Assembly (NCBI GenBank): GCA_963837465.1
Contig: CAWINB010000004.1
Coordinates: 394,853-458,852, forward strand
DNA length: 64,000 bases
Source of the DNA: Candidatus Doudnabacteria bacterium
GTDB taxonomy: Bacteria; Patescibacteriota; Doudnabacteria; UBA920
Direction: 5' to 3'
The translations under genes and the position numbers were made by a program. Positions 47,082 to 57,014 of the stretch are shown one piece after another. Positions within the stretch are counted from its first letter, which is position 1, and every line of letters begins with the position of its first letter. The notes under the pieces are model-generated. The model saw nothing but the letters and a program-made list of their open reading frames with translations. It ran no database searches and was not told the origin of the DNA.

Positions 47082-48584
47082 ATGCGTCAGAATTTTTTCG
47101 TCACTTTACTCGCCGCGATGCTCATTCTCACGGTGGGAAACGTAAACGCCCAACACAAGTTCGTCCCGACAACACCCGCTCCGGCCGTCGCACAGGAAAA
47201 ACCGGTGGCCGCGGAGCCCCCGGCGGAAACTCCGGAACAGGCCGCACCGGCAATAACTGACGACCATATTAAAGAGATCGCAGCAGCGGCGGTAGCAGAT
47301 GCTATTGCCAAACTGCCGGCCCCGCCAAGCAAGACCGCTATCGTGACGGAGGTTGTGAAGCAAATGCCATCCGCCCCCAACTATGACTTTTTCTTCTATA
47401 TCCAGGGTGGGATTGACCTCGTTCTGGCGATCGTTGGGGTTGTGTTTCTGTTGTTGCGCCGTAAGTCCAAGCGAAGAGTGATCTCTGGGGGAGCCGCGGC
47501 AGCCATTTTGTTGGCTTGCTTGATTGCTCTTTCCACGGTTCCTGTTCATGCAGCCGGTCCTACTGCAACTTGCACGCCCTATGTAACCAAGGACGGCACC
47601 CCCGTCGATATTACGTGCAAGGTTAACGGCATTACCAGCGCCGGCACGGTTACGTTTAGTGATACTAATGTGACCGCGACTGACGTCCACCTGACAGGCA
47701 ACACCTTGAAGTTCAAGGCAACGGCGGGCACTGCGGCGACGGCTCCCAACAGCCCCGACATGGCGGTTGATACTACCGCCGTCGGTTCTCCACTTGCGGT
47801 ACTGGACAATAACAGCGCCGCTCTCGCAGATATGGTCGTCAACATCGTCAAAGGATCCCCCGCTCCCACCACGGGCAGCGGCGCTTCCTCGGGAGGCGAC
47901 GACATCCGTTGGCACGCATTGTTTAACAGCGTCTGCGGAGTTGATAAGGCCCATGCCCGCTGCGGAAGGGAATTCGGACCCGCCATTACGGGGGACGAAT
48001 TGTTTGCGAAGCTGAAGGCGGCTCGCAACCAAGCGGAGGAAAACCTGGTGATGGGTATGTTCTCCAATGCTGTGGAGTTTAACTCTACCGACCGGGTTTT
48101 CCAAGACGATCGCTTCAAGGACGCCGCAAAGAAGACCGCGGATGCTCTCGCCGCCCTGAATGGGGCTGTTCAGAGCATCCAAGGCGGCGTAACCGAAACC
48201 CGCGTTCGCGCAATCGCTCGCGAGGAAGTTCAACCGGCCACCACGGCGGCTAATGAGGCTAAGGGCATCGCTGGTCAGGCGCTTGGCGAGGCAACTCGCG
48301 CCAATCTTCGGTTGACCAACATCGAACCCGTCATCAGTGCGAACGTCGAAGCCACGCAAGCGGCTCTCGAACTTGGTGACCATGGCGGTTCCTTCCTCGG
48401 CTTCGGCGGCGGCCCCAAACGGGATGTCAAGGTCGAAGCGAGGGCGGCTGGGTTTAAGCTCTTCTGTGCCCAGACGCTAGCCAAAACCGGCAAACCGGGC
48501 GAAGGTTGCCCGGTTCCGCAGTCCCAAGCTTCGGCCCAAAACGGCACCGCTGGTACAGTGGTGCAGATGCAGCCGAAGAAATAG
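47082..48584 (+). CDS. secreted protein with internal TM/anchor segment, hypothetical (high-GC gene)
   Basis: It has a signal peptide (MRQNFFVTLLAAMLILTVGNVNAQ) and a second hydrophobic segment followed by RRKSKRR. Confidence 0.5.
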   Translation: MRQNFFVTLLAAMLILTVGNVNAQHKFVPTTPAPAVAQEKPVAAEPPAETPEQAAPAITDDHIKEIAAAAVADAIAKLPAPPSKTAIVTEVVKQMPSAPNYDFFFYIQGGIDLVLAIVGVVFLLLRRKSKRRVISGGAAAAILLACLIALSTVPVHAAGPTATCTPYVTKDGTPVDITCKVNGITSAGTVTFSDTNVTATDVHLTGNTLKFKATAGTAATAPNSPDMAVDTTAVGSPLAVLDNNSAALADMVVNIVKGSPAPTTGSGASSGGDDIRWHALFNSVCGVDKAHARCGREFGPAITGDELFAKLKAARNQAEENLVMGMFSNAVEFNSTDRVFQDDRFKDAAKKTADALAALNGAVQSIQGGVTETRVRAIAREEVQPATTAANEAKGIAGQALGEATRANLRLTNIEPVISANVEATQAALELGDHGGSFLGFGGGPKRDVKVEARAAGFKLFCAQTLAKTGKPGEGCPVPQSQASAQNGTAGTVVQMQPKK

Positions 48585-48912
48585 TAACGTAATAAAACTC
48601 TAAGGACAGGCCTCTGCCAACAAACCTACCTTAGAGAGAACACTTAAAGGGGCGCCGTGCTCAGCTTATGCTGACTCCGCGCCCCCTTCACTTTTATATC
48701 ATTAAAATTTGTTAATATGGACAATGGTAAAAAGCCGTTGCGAAGTTGGAGAATTGTGATAAAATGAAAAGTCAAACTTGCCGCGTGGTTAAAAAAGCCA
48801 AATAGTTAGCTTTTTTAATTGCCCGGTAATATTGGGCAGGCTTAAAATATTTCAGGAGGATAAAATTTAATGATGCGTAATTGTCATACCGACAAGCAAA
48901 GTATGGGTTATT

Positions 48913-50103
48913 TTGTTTGTGGGTGTGACGATTATGAAAAATACTATACTACGAATTGCGTTGTTTTGTGCTGTGTTCGCCGCGGCTTCGGTCGCGTCGG
49001 CACAGCAAATGTTTTTTGAAACTCCCGAAGCCTGCACTTCGGCCGCTCCGGGAACATTTTCCGTTTACCAGCCCAAGTACGATACCAAATTGGGGTGGTG
49101 GAAGGAGATGAAATCCTTGGGCAAGGCTGAGCTCGTGGAAAACCACGGCAAGGTCTACTGTGCCGATGAGTTTACGGTTGTCGGCTGGAGAATTATTCAA
49201 TGGCCGGAAAACAACCCGTACTACACTTCGGACGGTAAGATTGCCGATGGTCGGTGTGGCAACGAAGTTCGCCACATTTGGGAAGTTCCTCCGCCTGCAC
49301 CGCCGCCCCAGTTGCCTCCACCGACCGGGAATATTCACGTAGTGAAAAAGACCTTTGATCCCGATTCGGTGCATATGATAATACCTACGGGCGCCGCGCA
49401 GGTGTTCGCGGGTACTACTCAAATACCGTTGAACCGGAATGATAACGGTGATGCCGAAGGCCTTATCGCTCTCCCCGAGGGCGATTACGACATAAGTGAA
49501 CAGTTTGACCCACAAGTCTGGACTCAGATTTGGTTGTCAAACAAGCGTGTTCATGTAGTTGCCGGTCAAACAGTTGAAGTCGAAATCAAGAACCAGCAAC
49601 TGCGCCCTCCGCCTCAACCGGTTGCCCCTCCCCATGTTTGCCCTATTTGCGGGGAAGTCGTCGCTTCGGCGGACTTGTCCCAGGTAGTGCTTACCGCGGA
49701 TCTTCAGCTTTGGGTTCGCGTGAAGTGGGAGGCAGTTCGGGTCATTGGAGTTTTTTGGCAGAATCGAGAGGTTTTTTCCGGACCCAACGGGACTCTCACT
49801 GTCTCCAACTTTAAGGGTGCTGGAATCTATGAGATGGAAGTACACGGAGAAGACAACGAAGGGCATATTCTGATTTGTGCTTTCAACGTTGTAACCGTGC
49901 TGCCCCCACCTCCACCGGCTCCCCATAAGGTAAAGAAAAACCACAAAAAGTTAGTGGTCGGCATAGTAATTGCAGTAGGTGTGGGGGTTTGCATTGCCTC
50001 TGCTGTTGAGGGGTGGCCTGTCCCATGCGGATGGGTGGTGAAGCTTTTTCATAAAGCCGCAGCCGCGCCAATTCAAAAGGCTCCCATTCCTGTAACCCGG
50101 TAG
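48913..50103 (+). CDS. secreted protein with C-terminal TM anchor and Pro-rich linkers, hypothetical (high-GC gene)
   Basis: A signal peptide follows MKNTIL (the probable start is near 48934). PPPAPPPQLPPP tracts are present, and the C-terminus has LVVGIVIAVGVGVCIASAV. Confidence 0.45.
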   Translation: MFVGVTIMKNTILRIALFCAVFAAASVASAQQMFFETPEACTSAAPGTFSVYQPKYDTKLGWWKEMKSLGKAELVENHGKVYCADEFTVVGWRIIQWPENNPYYTSDGKIADGRCGNEVRHIWEVPPPAPPPQLPPPTGNIHVVKKTFDPDSVHMIIPTGAAQVFAGTTQIPLNRNDNGDAEGLIALPEGDYDISEQFDPQVWTQIWLSNKRVHVVAGQTVEVEIKNQQLRPPPQPVAPPHVCPICGEVVASADLSQVVLTADLQLWVRVKWEAVRVIGVFWQNREVFSGPNGTLTVSNFKGAGIYEMEVHGEDNEGHILICAFNVVTVLPPPPPAPHKVKKNHKKLVVGIVIAVGVGVCIASAVEGWPVPCGWVVKLFHKAAAAPIQKAPIPVTR

Positions 50104-50372
50104 TTTTTCAGCCCCGGGCGCCACGGGCAAGCATCATATAAATGGCGCGGTAATCTCTTAAAAAGGCAGTTTGTTGGGAATTTTATTCCTACAACTGCCT
50201 TTTGTTTTTGGTTATAAGGTTAATTTTTTTGTTGCGCTTGACAGAAATACAGTTAATAGGTATAATATAAAGTCATTTTTTATTATTATCAACAAATAAT
50301 ATTTTTTGTGTTATAATTAACCAAGTTTATAAAAGCATTTAGTTTAATCAAATCTAATAATATAGCTAAATT

Positions 50373-51890
50373 ATGGAAAATCCATTTTCAAAAATTGCTA
50401 AAGCATATAAGGATAGTGATTTTGCTTTACGCGGGCAGACCAAAAGAGAAACCAAGGCTTTAGCCAGGGAAGAGGAGTTGACTGACGAGGCTTTGGTAGA
50501 CAAAATCCTCCAAGACCGGGGTTTTGGTAAATTTTTAGTGGACAGCAATCCAAAATACCAGAGCATGAACTTTGACAAGAAAGATTTTAAGGATATTCGG
50601 GAAAAGTATTACGCCTATACGGAATCCAAAAAGGTAGCCACGGAACTTAGGACTGTCTACAGCCAAGAGATAATGCAGGATTTGGATATTGAGCTAACAC
50701 CGGCTGAGCAAGATCAGGTATTTGAGAGCATGGATGTGGCACTAAGCAGCAGACTGCAAAAAGACGGCAGGAATATTGAAATTTCCAGGCTTAAAAATAA
50801 GCTGGAGGAATATAATAAATTAAAAGAACGGATTGAGCAACTTGAAAGCAAATTCCAGCAGGCGGGGGTCAACGAAGCTGTTATTGAGGGAATGTCCAGC
50901 GAAAAGGGAATGGATAAGCTAAGGGATCGCGAGAAGTTGGCAAAAACGGCTAAAAAGATAAAGGTGCCGTTTATGAAAGGCCGTAACCGCGGCATACAGG
51001 AAGCGCGTCAGGATTTAGTGGGTAATTTTGAAATTGAGAGAGAAAATATTAAAGCCCAATTCCAGGAGGTCAAAGCCGGCAGAAAAGAAGCGGAAGGACT
51101 GCGGCGACAACTCGACGAATTGAGGCAATATTTTTTGGTGCAGATTAAGATAGCGGACTCGGTCATAGACCGGGCAAGATTCCGGGCCAACGAAGTCCTT
51201 AAGGCTCGCGTAGAAACTGCCACCATCGAATACCAAAGACATGACCCTGCTTCAACCAAAAAAATGCAGGAGTTAGCTGACCTGCAGGCTTATTCAGAAC
51301 TTATGGACTCCACAGCCAGAAGCAAAACCGATGAAGATTATATGAATGATTTAGACGCGAAGCATCATTTTGGTGGGCGCAGGATTACGACTGCGGAGGC
51401 AGACCAGTTGGAAGCCTGGAGAGACCAGGAAGAGACCCGTGCAGCTTCAACTTTAGACACTACCGATTCAGCCAGTAAATTATTGGGCAAAATGCGTGAA
51501 GGCCGGAAGAAAAAAGGCAAAGGCGGCATTGATTATACAGCTGGCGGCCAGGTTGTTGACTTTTATGACCTTTATGACTTGGACACTGATACAGAGTTGG
51601 TAAAGAATTTGGATAGTATGCTGGAGAAGGAACTGGAGACTGTGATGGAACGAGCGGTTTTCACTTCCCGTACTATTCAGCAGTTTGAAGGCGCCTTGGA
51701 TCCGGTTTTAAAACGCTGGGAAGCCGGTCAGTATAATACCCGTGGCAAGGTCAGGAATTTTATCGCGGACAAGTTAGTTGCTCTTTGCAATACTCCTTCT
51801 ATGGAACCGGTTATGAAGGTGCAGGTTAAAGCTTTGCTGTATAAGCGCGGCATTTTTAAAGGCTTAACGCGCGTAGCGATACCTAAATAA
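50373..51890 (+). CDS. hypothetical coiled-coil protein, first gene of a four-gene operon
   Basis: It is charged and helical (505 aa) with no catalytic motif recognised. Confidence 0.4.
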   Translation: MENPFSKIAKAYKDSDFALRGQTKRETKALAREEELTDEALVDKILQDRGFGKFLVDSNPKYQSMNFDKKDFKDIREKYYAYTESKKVATELRTVYSQEIMQDLDIELTPAEQDQVFESMDVALSSRLQKDGRNIEISRLKNKLEEYNKLKERIEQLESKFQQAGVNEAVIEGMSSEKGMDKLRDREKLAKTAKKIKVPFMKGRNRGIQEARQDLVGNFEIERENIKAQFQEVKAGRKEAEGLRRQLDELRQYFLVQIKIADSVIDRARFRANEVLKARVETATIEYQRHDPASTKKMQELADLQAYSELMDSTARSKTDEDYMNDLDAKHHFGGRRITTAEADQLEAWRDQEETRAASTLDTTDSASKLLGKMREGRKKKGKGGIDYTAGGQVVDFYDLYDLDTDTELVKNLDSMLEKELETVMERAVFTSRTIQQFEGALDPVLKRWEAGQYNTRGKVRNFIADKLVALCNTPSMEPVMKVQVKALLYKRGIFKGLTRVAIPK

Positions 51891-51923
51891 TACCGATTTA
51901 AATTATAAAATAAAATAATATAT

Positions 51924-52214
51924 ATGAGCGTAGACCTATCAAAACTAGAACAGCTAGTTGAAGAAGAAAATTTTGAGCAAGCACAAAGTATGTTGGTGGA
52001 TTATTTTAGCCAACCCTTAACTCCGGAAGAACGCGGGCAGGCTTATATTGAAGTCGCCTCCGTTTATCTGGATATTGCCAATTATTTTAACAAGCAAAAG
52101 GCCGAGCTTCTTGAGGCCGGAATAAAAGCTTTGGCCGAACTGGACAAGCAGAGAAAGCAATTGGATGACTTGATAGATCTGGACAAAGTTCGCAAAGCCA
52201 TTAAAGACTCCTAA
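51924..52214 (+). CDS. small acidic helical protein, hypothetical
   Basis: It is 96 aa and lies 34 nt after the previous gene. Confidence 0.3.
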   Translation: MSVDLSKLEQLVEEENFEQAQSMLVDYFSQPLTPEERGQAYIEVASVYLDIANYFNKQKAELLEAGIKALAELDKQRKQLDDLIDLDKVRKAIKDS

Positions 52215-52230
52215 GAGCCTGTTTAAATTT

Positions 52231-52548
52231 ATGGATTCATTTGATATTCCAATGCCACCAGAAATCCGGCAGTTTTTGGAAGATATGCTCAAAGACGCGG
52301 ATGCTATGCCGGAGGCCGAGGAGCTGAAAGAAATGATGCTGAGCGATTTATACACCCGCTTGCAGGCCAAGCTGTTTTTACTTTTAGCCGACAAGTTGGA
52401 AGAAGACCAACTGGAAACTTACAGCAGGCTATCTACTTTGGATCCAGCCCAGGGAAACGCTTATTTAGATGATGTCCTGCCAAACTATAGGCAATTGTTT
52501 TTGCAAACTCTGGCGGAATTCAGGGGTGTGTTTTTAGGCAAAAAATAA
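52231..52548 (+). CDS. small acidic helical protein, hypothetical
   Basis: It is 105 aa and lies 17 nt after the previous gene. Confidence 0.3.
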   Translation: MDSFDIPMPPEIRQFLEDMLKDADAMPEAEELKEMMLSDLYTRLQAKLFLLLADKLEEDQLETYSRLSTLDPAQGNAYLDDVLPNYRQLFLQTLAEFRGVFLGKK

Positions 52549-52561
52549 GTTAAAACTTTTT

Positions 52562-55500
52562 ATGCCCAGGGAATATCGTCAAGGCACAGTTCTTGACCAA
52601 ATAGACGAGGAAAACAAAAACCGCGATACCGACATTGGCCATATTGAGCAGTCCCACCAGCCGGTTTTTCACAAGTCACAAAAATCCCGCGATGAGATTA
52701 AAATTAAACGCAAGCTGGATCTCGATAAGCCCGAAGTCCAGACTTTTAAGATTACCGCCGCGGCTGTGGACGAAATAATAGATGCGGCCGCTCAGAGAGT
52801 GGGCGAGCAAAAGGCTCAGGAATATTTGGATAAAGCGGGTTGGATAAAGAAATCTTTTGTGCGTCCCAGTGAAAAGGCACTGATAGAAAAGTTTAAAGAA
52901 GAAGTCAAAGCCGAGATTCTGGCCAACCGCAATTTAATGGCCAGCATTGAGGGCAGGGCGCTGCTGAATTCAAAAGTTGAAAAATTGCACGCCGATTCTG
53001 ACAGGGCGACACAGGCTATTTTTGAGGTATTGGTGGAAAGAGCTCATAATTTAGAGCGTAAATCTAATGAAGAATTTTGGGGACTTAGTTCAGGTCCGGA
53101 AGATAAAAAATCAAAACAAAAGAATGAAAAATACGAAACCAGGGAAAAAATCGCGCATACTGCGTCTATGGATGCCGCTGCCGCGGACTTGATCGCCAAA
53201 TGGGCTTTTGAGGAAATTCCTGACCGCAACGCTTTTGACGCCTTAGCTGAAGAGAAAATTTTTCGCAAATTAACCACCAAAGCCAATCTTGGCAAAGCGG
53301 AAACTTTTGCTTCCAATCTGTTTTTTGTCGCCGAGCAATATAAAGAGTCAATAGAAAAAACTTTAAAGAAAGCCGCTAAAGAATTTTCCCCGGCCGAAAA
53401 AACTAAAGTCCGTAATTATTTAAGGGGATCGGTTAGGTTAGATATCAATATGGCCCTGAGTAAGGCGGATATGGCTCGCCGCAAGCCCGAGGGTGTTATG
53501 CGCGCGGTGGAAGCAGTGGTTGATTTTACCCAAATGCCTTATTTGGCAAAACTAGGTAAATTTGCCGGTACTGGATTTGGCAAATTTTTGTCTAAAATTC
53601 CTGGTGGGAATTTTATGAGTAAAACAATTGACCGTCTATGGGGCTTAAGCGTTGGTAACCCTTTAGTTTATGCTTGGGTGGGTAACAGGTTAGCTTACGC
53701 GGCGGCTTCCGGAGTTGGTATTAAAACCGCAATGCTGGCCGGCACAGCTTTAGCCGTGGGTTTGGGGCCCGGCACTATTATGGCTATTGGCGCGGCTCTG
53801 GGCGGCGGCAGTTATTTTGCTTTGAGAAAAGCCGCCGAAATGAGCCGTGATAGGCGCAGGCGTGAAGACAAAGCCATTTTGGGAACAGGCCCTAAAGAAA
53901 GTCTGCAACCTGTAGATACCAGGGAAATTGGCCTGAAGCTTATTTTGCAATTGACTGAAAAAAAGGAGCCATTAACAGAAGAGGAAAAACAAAAAATTGG
54001 CCAATGGGCGGCGGCTTTGCGTTTGCATAATGTCCATAATGTTAATATTTTAGGAGTATCCAGGGAAGAAGGAGAAAGTAATAAAAGTAATATTGTGGCA
54101 GTGGATAATTTGCAAGAGGCTATTTTAAATTTGTTGGAAAAAAAACATGCGGAATTTCAGCATTACGACAGTAGCGCAAATAATTGGGACGCGCAAGCCC
54201 GCGATTTTAGCCGTTATATAGGTGACGCGGAAAGGAAGTTGCTGGAGAAAATCAAACTGGTCGATAAAGAAAAAGCCGCGGAAATTGTGCGGGGTGCTTT
54301 GGTTGCGGGCGTGGTGGGTGGCGCTATCGCGGGCGTCGGTTCTATATTAAGTCCCGAAGTCCTGAAGTTACTTAAAGAGGGGGTAAATGTCGCTTCCCAC
54401 AATCTTGGCGGACATGATGTCTTTGATACCAACTATAATACTTATGCCGAAGCTTTGTGGCATAAGGGGGCTGAAAAGCTTGGCTGGGTTCCTGCTGCCC
54501 CCACTCATTTTAATGGTGAAATGGTGCCAAATGATTTTGCTATTTTTAATGGTCACACTCAAATTAAATTACCGGTAGGGTATGGTAGTTTTCATTTACA
54601 TAATAACAGCGGTGATTTTATTGTCATTACAGATCCGGCACAGCATGTTGTGGGAAACCCCATTCAAGTTGGTGCTGACGGTATAATAAACCCGGCCTCC
54701 TGGAACCATTTTACCCATGACTTAGGGTGGCAAGTTAATCATGCAGACGCAGCCGCGGCCGCTCACGGCGGCATCCCTGGCCATTCCCGCAGCTTTACGG
54801 ACTGGCTGCATGACTTAAGGTCTCATTTGCCCAACGGAGTTAAGATAGAAGAAGCTCATTTTAAGGGAAATTATGACAACTTAACCCCAAATTCAGATTT
54901 AAATGAGCTTAATTTCCATATTAATGTGGCAGGGAATGGTGATGTCCACTGGGATGTGCAGAACTTAATGCAGTATGGCTCATTTCATCAAGTTGGAGGA
55001 ACTTTTATTCCGGGCGCTGCTCCCTATCAGCCTGATATGACGGCATTGCTTCATTCCGGCGACCTTAAATTTGTAATTATTCCCGATGCGGCGCATCCGC
55101 ATGACGCCATATTTTTAAATATGGACTCAACAGGACACGCTATTGTTCCCAAAGATATAGCGCAGTGCCTGTTAAATTCCGCCACCGGCCACCCCAAAGA
55201 AGGTGTGCTTATTGGCTCCGCTCATATTTTAGACAGACCCGGCGGTGGTAAAGATATGATAATGATCAACGCAATTAAGGGTCATGGCGAGGCTGTAAAT
55301 TATGACATGTCTTCGGCCGCTACCCCTACGGGCACTACAGCAGGTCCGGCAATTTGGGATGCCCGCCCTCCGATTGTATACACCAGCGAAGCCCCGTACG
55401 GTCCTGCCGGTTATCGCCGCCAGACGGACGAGGATATAACTACCGCACGGGAAAAACGGGAAACAAAAGAATTGGAACGGCAGTGGAAAGAGCAACTTGC

Positions 55501-56959
55501 TAAAATGTCTCCGGAAGAAAAAATGCTTATGGCGCAGAATGATATGCTGGCTGTTTTAAGCGGATCTGACAAAACGCTGACCGCGATTATTCCGGCTTTT
55601 GATAAAACATCCGCTAGGTACCGATTAGATGAAGCACAGCAGGAAAAATTACTTGTAGATATCTGTAAGGCTAAGGGTATGACTGATGAAGAAGTAAAGA
55701 CCGCGTTGGCTCAACAAGTTCAACAGAACGCCGCGCCTGTAGCAGTTGCTGCGGGCGGGGGTACCCCTGAGGCGCAAGCATCCTCTACTCCTGCGGCCCA
55801 GTCGTTTTCCACTAAAAAAACAGCATTGCTCAATAGTTTGCTGGCAAGAGAAATGGAAGCAAGCAGGAAAGCCGCGTTTCCCGAAGCTGCTCCTGACAGG
55901 CGGTTCCTCAGCGAACTTAATAAAAGAGAATCCAATCGTGCTCCGCATTTGGAATTCAGCGCGGACGATGGTTTATTGAAAAAGAAAACGGATTTAGATT
56001 TTATAAACTCCCTGGCCGAGTCTGTCCATGACTTTTTGGTCGCGGAAGGTCTGGACGCAAATGTTTACAGCCTGGCATCTTATAAAATTAAAATTACGGA
56101 AACCCCTCCTTATGGTTGGAATGAAAAGGATAAGAGCTTGTTGTCTGTGGGAACAACTGAATCTCCAAATAAAATAGCTTTGGATATTTTGGAAAAAATT
56201 AAAACTCCGGATTCGCCCCTTGAATATAGATATAGGGACCTGACGGAAGTTAATAATTCAGCAGATAATAAAGAGCCGACCTTAAAATTTAGCTATGATC
56301 CAGGTGTGTTGATTGGCATTGGTCAAAGTGCCGTTAACAATTATGGCAAACGTTTGCATAGCGAACTACGAAGCCAGATCGGCACTGACCCAAGGTTTGA
56401 AGACGCTCTGTTAAGAATTAATTTTATAAACCCTCGGGATCCAATGCCCGATGTTCCGGATATTGATGCTCATGGGTATACTATTATGACGTTGCCTTTT
56501 GGCGACAATGTTAAAAGAGATGCAGGGATAATTTTAAGGGAAATGAAACGATTGGCACCCGAGACATTGCCGCCGGTTGATAGAGTGTTTTTGAGGGATA
56601 TTAATAATTTGCCCGGAAACCAGAATCCCAATATAGCATTTGATATGCCGGATTCAATAATCAGAGAAATGGGATCACCGGAAGCCAAGATTTATGTGAC
56701 AAGAATAGCGGCAAAAATGGAAGCGAAGCTCAATCAACTGAAAGCGGCTAATGGAGGAAGGGATAGGGCCTTTTTTGAATCTTTGGTTATTTCAGTTGGG
56801 GTTAGCAGGAATGCGGCTGATTTGCACGGCACTCTTGGAGCTGACGGTAGTTTTCAGTTCACTTTTCCCGCTTACAAAGGAACGGTTAATAGGGAGCCGG
56901 ATAATAGAATAGAGGCCAGAATTAATCAGCAGTTTGAAGAAATAAGGAATGCGCCCTAA
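52562..56959 (+). CDS. giant protein (1465 aa) with Gly-rich hydrophobic segments, function unknown
   Basis: It starts 14 nt after the previous gene. It contains putative membrane-inserting Gly/Ala-rich segments (GTALAVGLGPGTIMAIGAALGGGSYFAL; LVAGVVGGAIAGVGSIL). No known catalytic motif was recognised by eye. Confidence 0.5.
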   Translation: MPREYRQGTVLDQIDEENKNRDTDIGHIEQSHQPVFHKSQKSRDEIKIKRKLDLDKPEVQTFKITAAAVDEIIDAAAQRVGEQKAQEYLDKAGWIKKSFVRPSEKALIEKFKEEVKAEILANRNLMASIEGRALLNSKVEKLHADSDRATQAIFEVLVERAHNLERKSNEEFWGLSSGPEDKKSKQKNEKYETREKIAHTASMDAAAADLIAKWAFEEIPDRNAFDALAEEKIFRKLTTKANLGKAETFASNLFFVAEQYKESIEKTLKKAAKEFSPAEKTKVRNYLRGSVRLDINMALSKADMARRKPEGVMRAVEAVVDFTQMPYLAKLGKFAGTGFGKFLSKIPGGNFMSKTIDRLWGLSVGNPLVYAWVGNRLAYAAASGVGIKTAMLAGTALAVGLGPGTIMAIGAALGGGSYFALRKAAEMSRDRRRREDKAILGTGPKESLQPVDTREIGLKLILQLTEKKEPLTEEEKQKIGQWAAALRLHNVHNVNILGVSREEGESNKSNIVAVDNLQEAILNLLEKKHAEFQHYDSSANNWDAQARDFSRYIGDAERKLLEKIKLVDKEKAAEIVRGALVAGVVGGAIAGVGSILSPEVLKLLKEGVNVASHNLGGHDVFDTNYNTYAEALWHKGAEKLGWVPAAPTHFNGEMVPNDFAIFNGHTQIKLPVGYGSFHLHNNSGDFIVITDPAQHVVGNPIQVGADGIINPASWNHFTHDLGWQVNHADAAAAAHGGIPGHSRSFTDWLHDLRSHLPNGVKIEEAHFKGNYDNLTPNSDLNELNFHINVAGNGDVHWDVQNLMQYGSFHQVGGTFIPGAAPYQPDMTALLHSGDLKFVIIPDAAHPHDAIFLNMDSTGHAIVPKDIAQCLLNSATGHPKEGVLIGSAHILDRPGGGKDMIMINAIKGHGEAVNYDMSSAATPTGTTAGPAIWDARPPIVYTSEAPYGPAGYRRQTDEDITTAREKRETKELERQWKEQLAKMSPEEKMLMAQNDMLAVLSGSDKTLTAIIPAFDKTSARYRLDEAQQEKLLVDICKAKGMTDEEVKTALAQQVQQNAAPVAVAAGGGTPEAQASSTPAAQSFSTKKTALLNSLLAREMEASRKAAFPEAAPDRRFLSELNKRESNRAPHLEFSADDGLLKKKTDLDFINSLAESVHDFLVAEGLDANVYSLASYKIKITETPPYGWNEKDKSLLSVGTTESPNKIALDILEKIKTPDSPLEYRYRDLTEVNNSADNKEPTLKFSYDPGVLIGIGQSAVNNYGKRLHSELRSQIGTDPRFEDALLRINFINPRDPMPDVPDIDAHGYTIMTLPFGDNVKRDAGIILREMKRLAPETLPPVDRVFLRDINNLPGNQNPNIAFDMPDSIIREMGSPEAKIYVTRIAAKMEAKLNQLKAANGGRDRAFFESLVISVGVSRNAADLHGTLGADGSFQFTFPAYKGTVNREPDNRIEARINQQFEEIRNAP

Positions 56960-57014
56960 ACAGATTTTGTTTATTTACCAACAGGCTTACTTAGCAGTGT
57001 CGTCTAATAAGATA

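Noticed and set aside
47106-48383. A long antisense ORF (425 aa) and other minus-strand ORFs (45737-46357, 47579-48118) inside the high-GC block.
   Set aside because: They fully overlap plus-strand genes that have proper signal peptides and start contexts. Long antisense ORFs are expected by chance in high-GC coding sequence.
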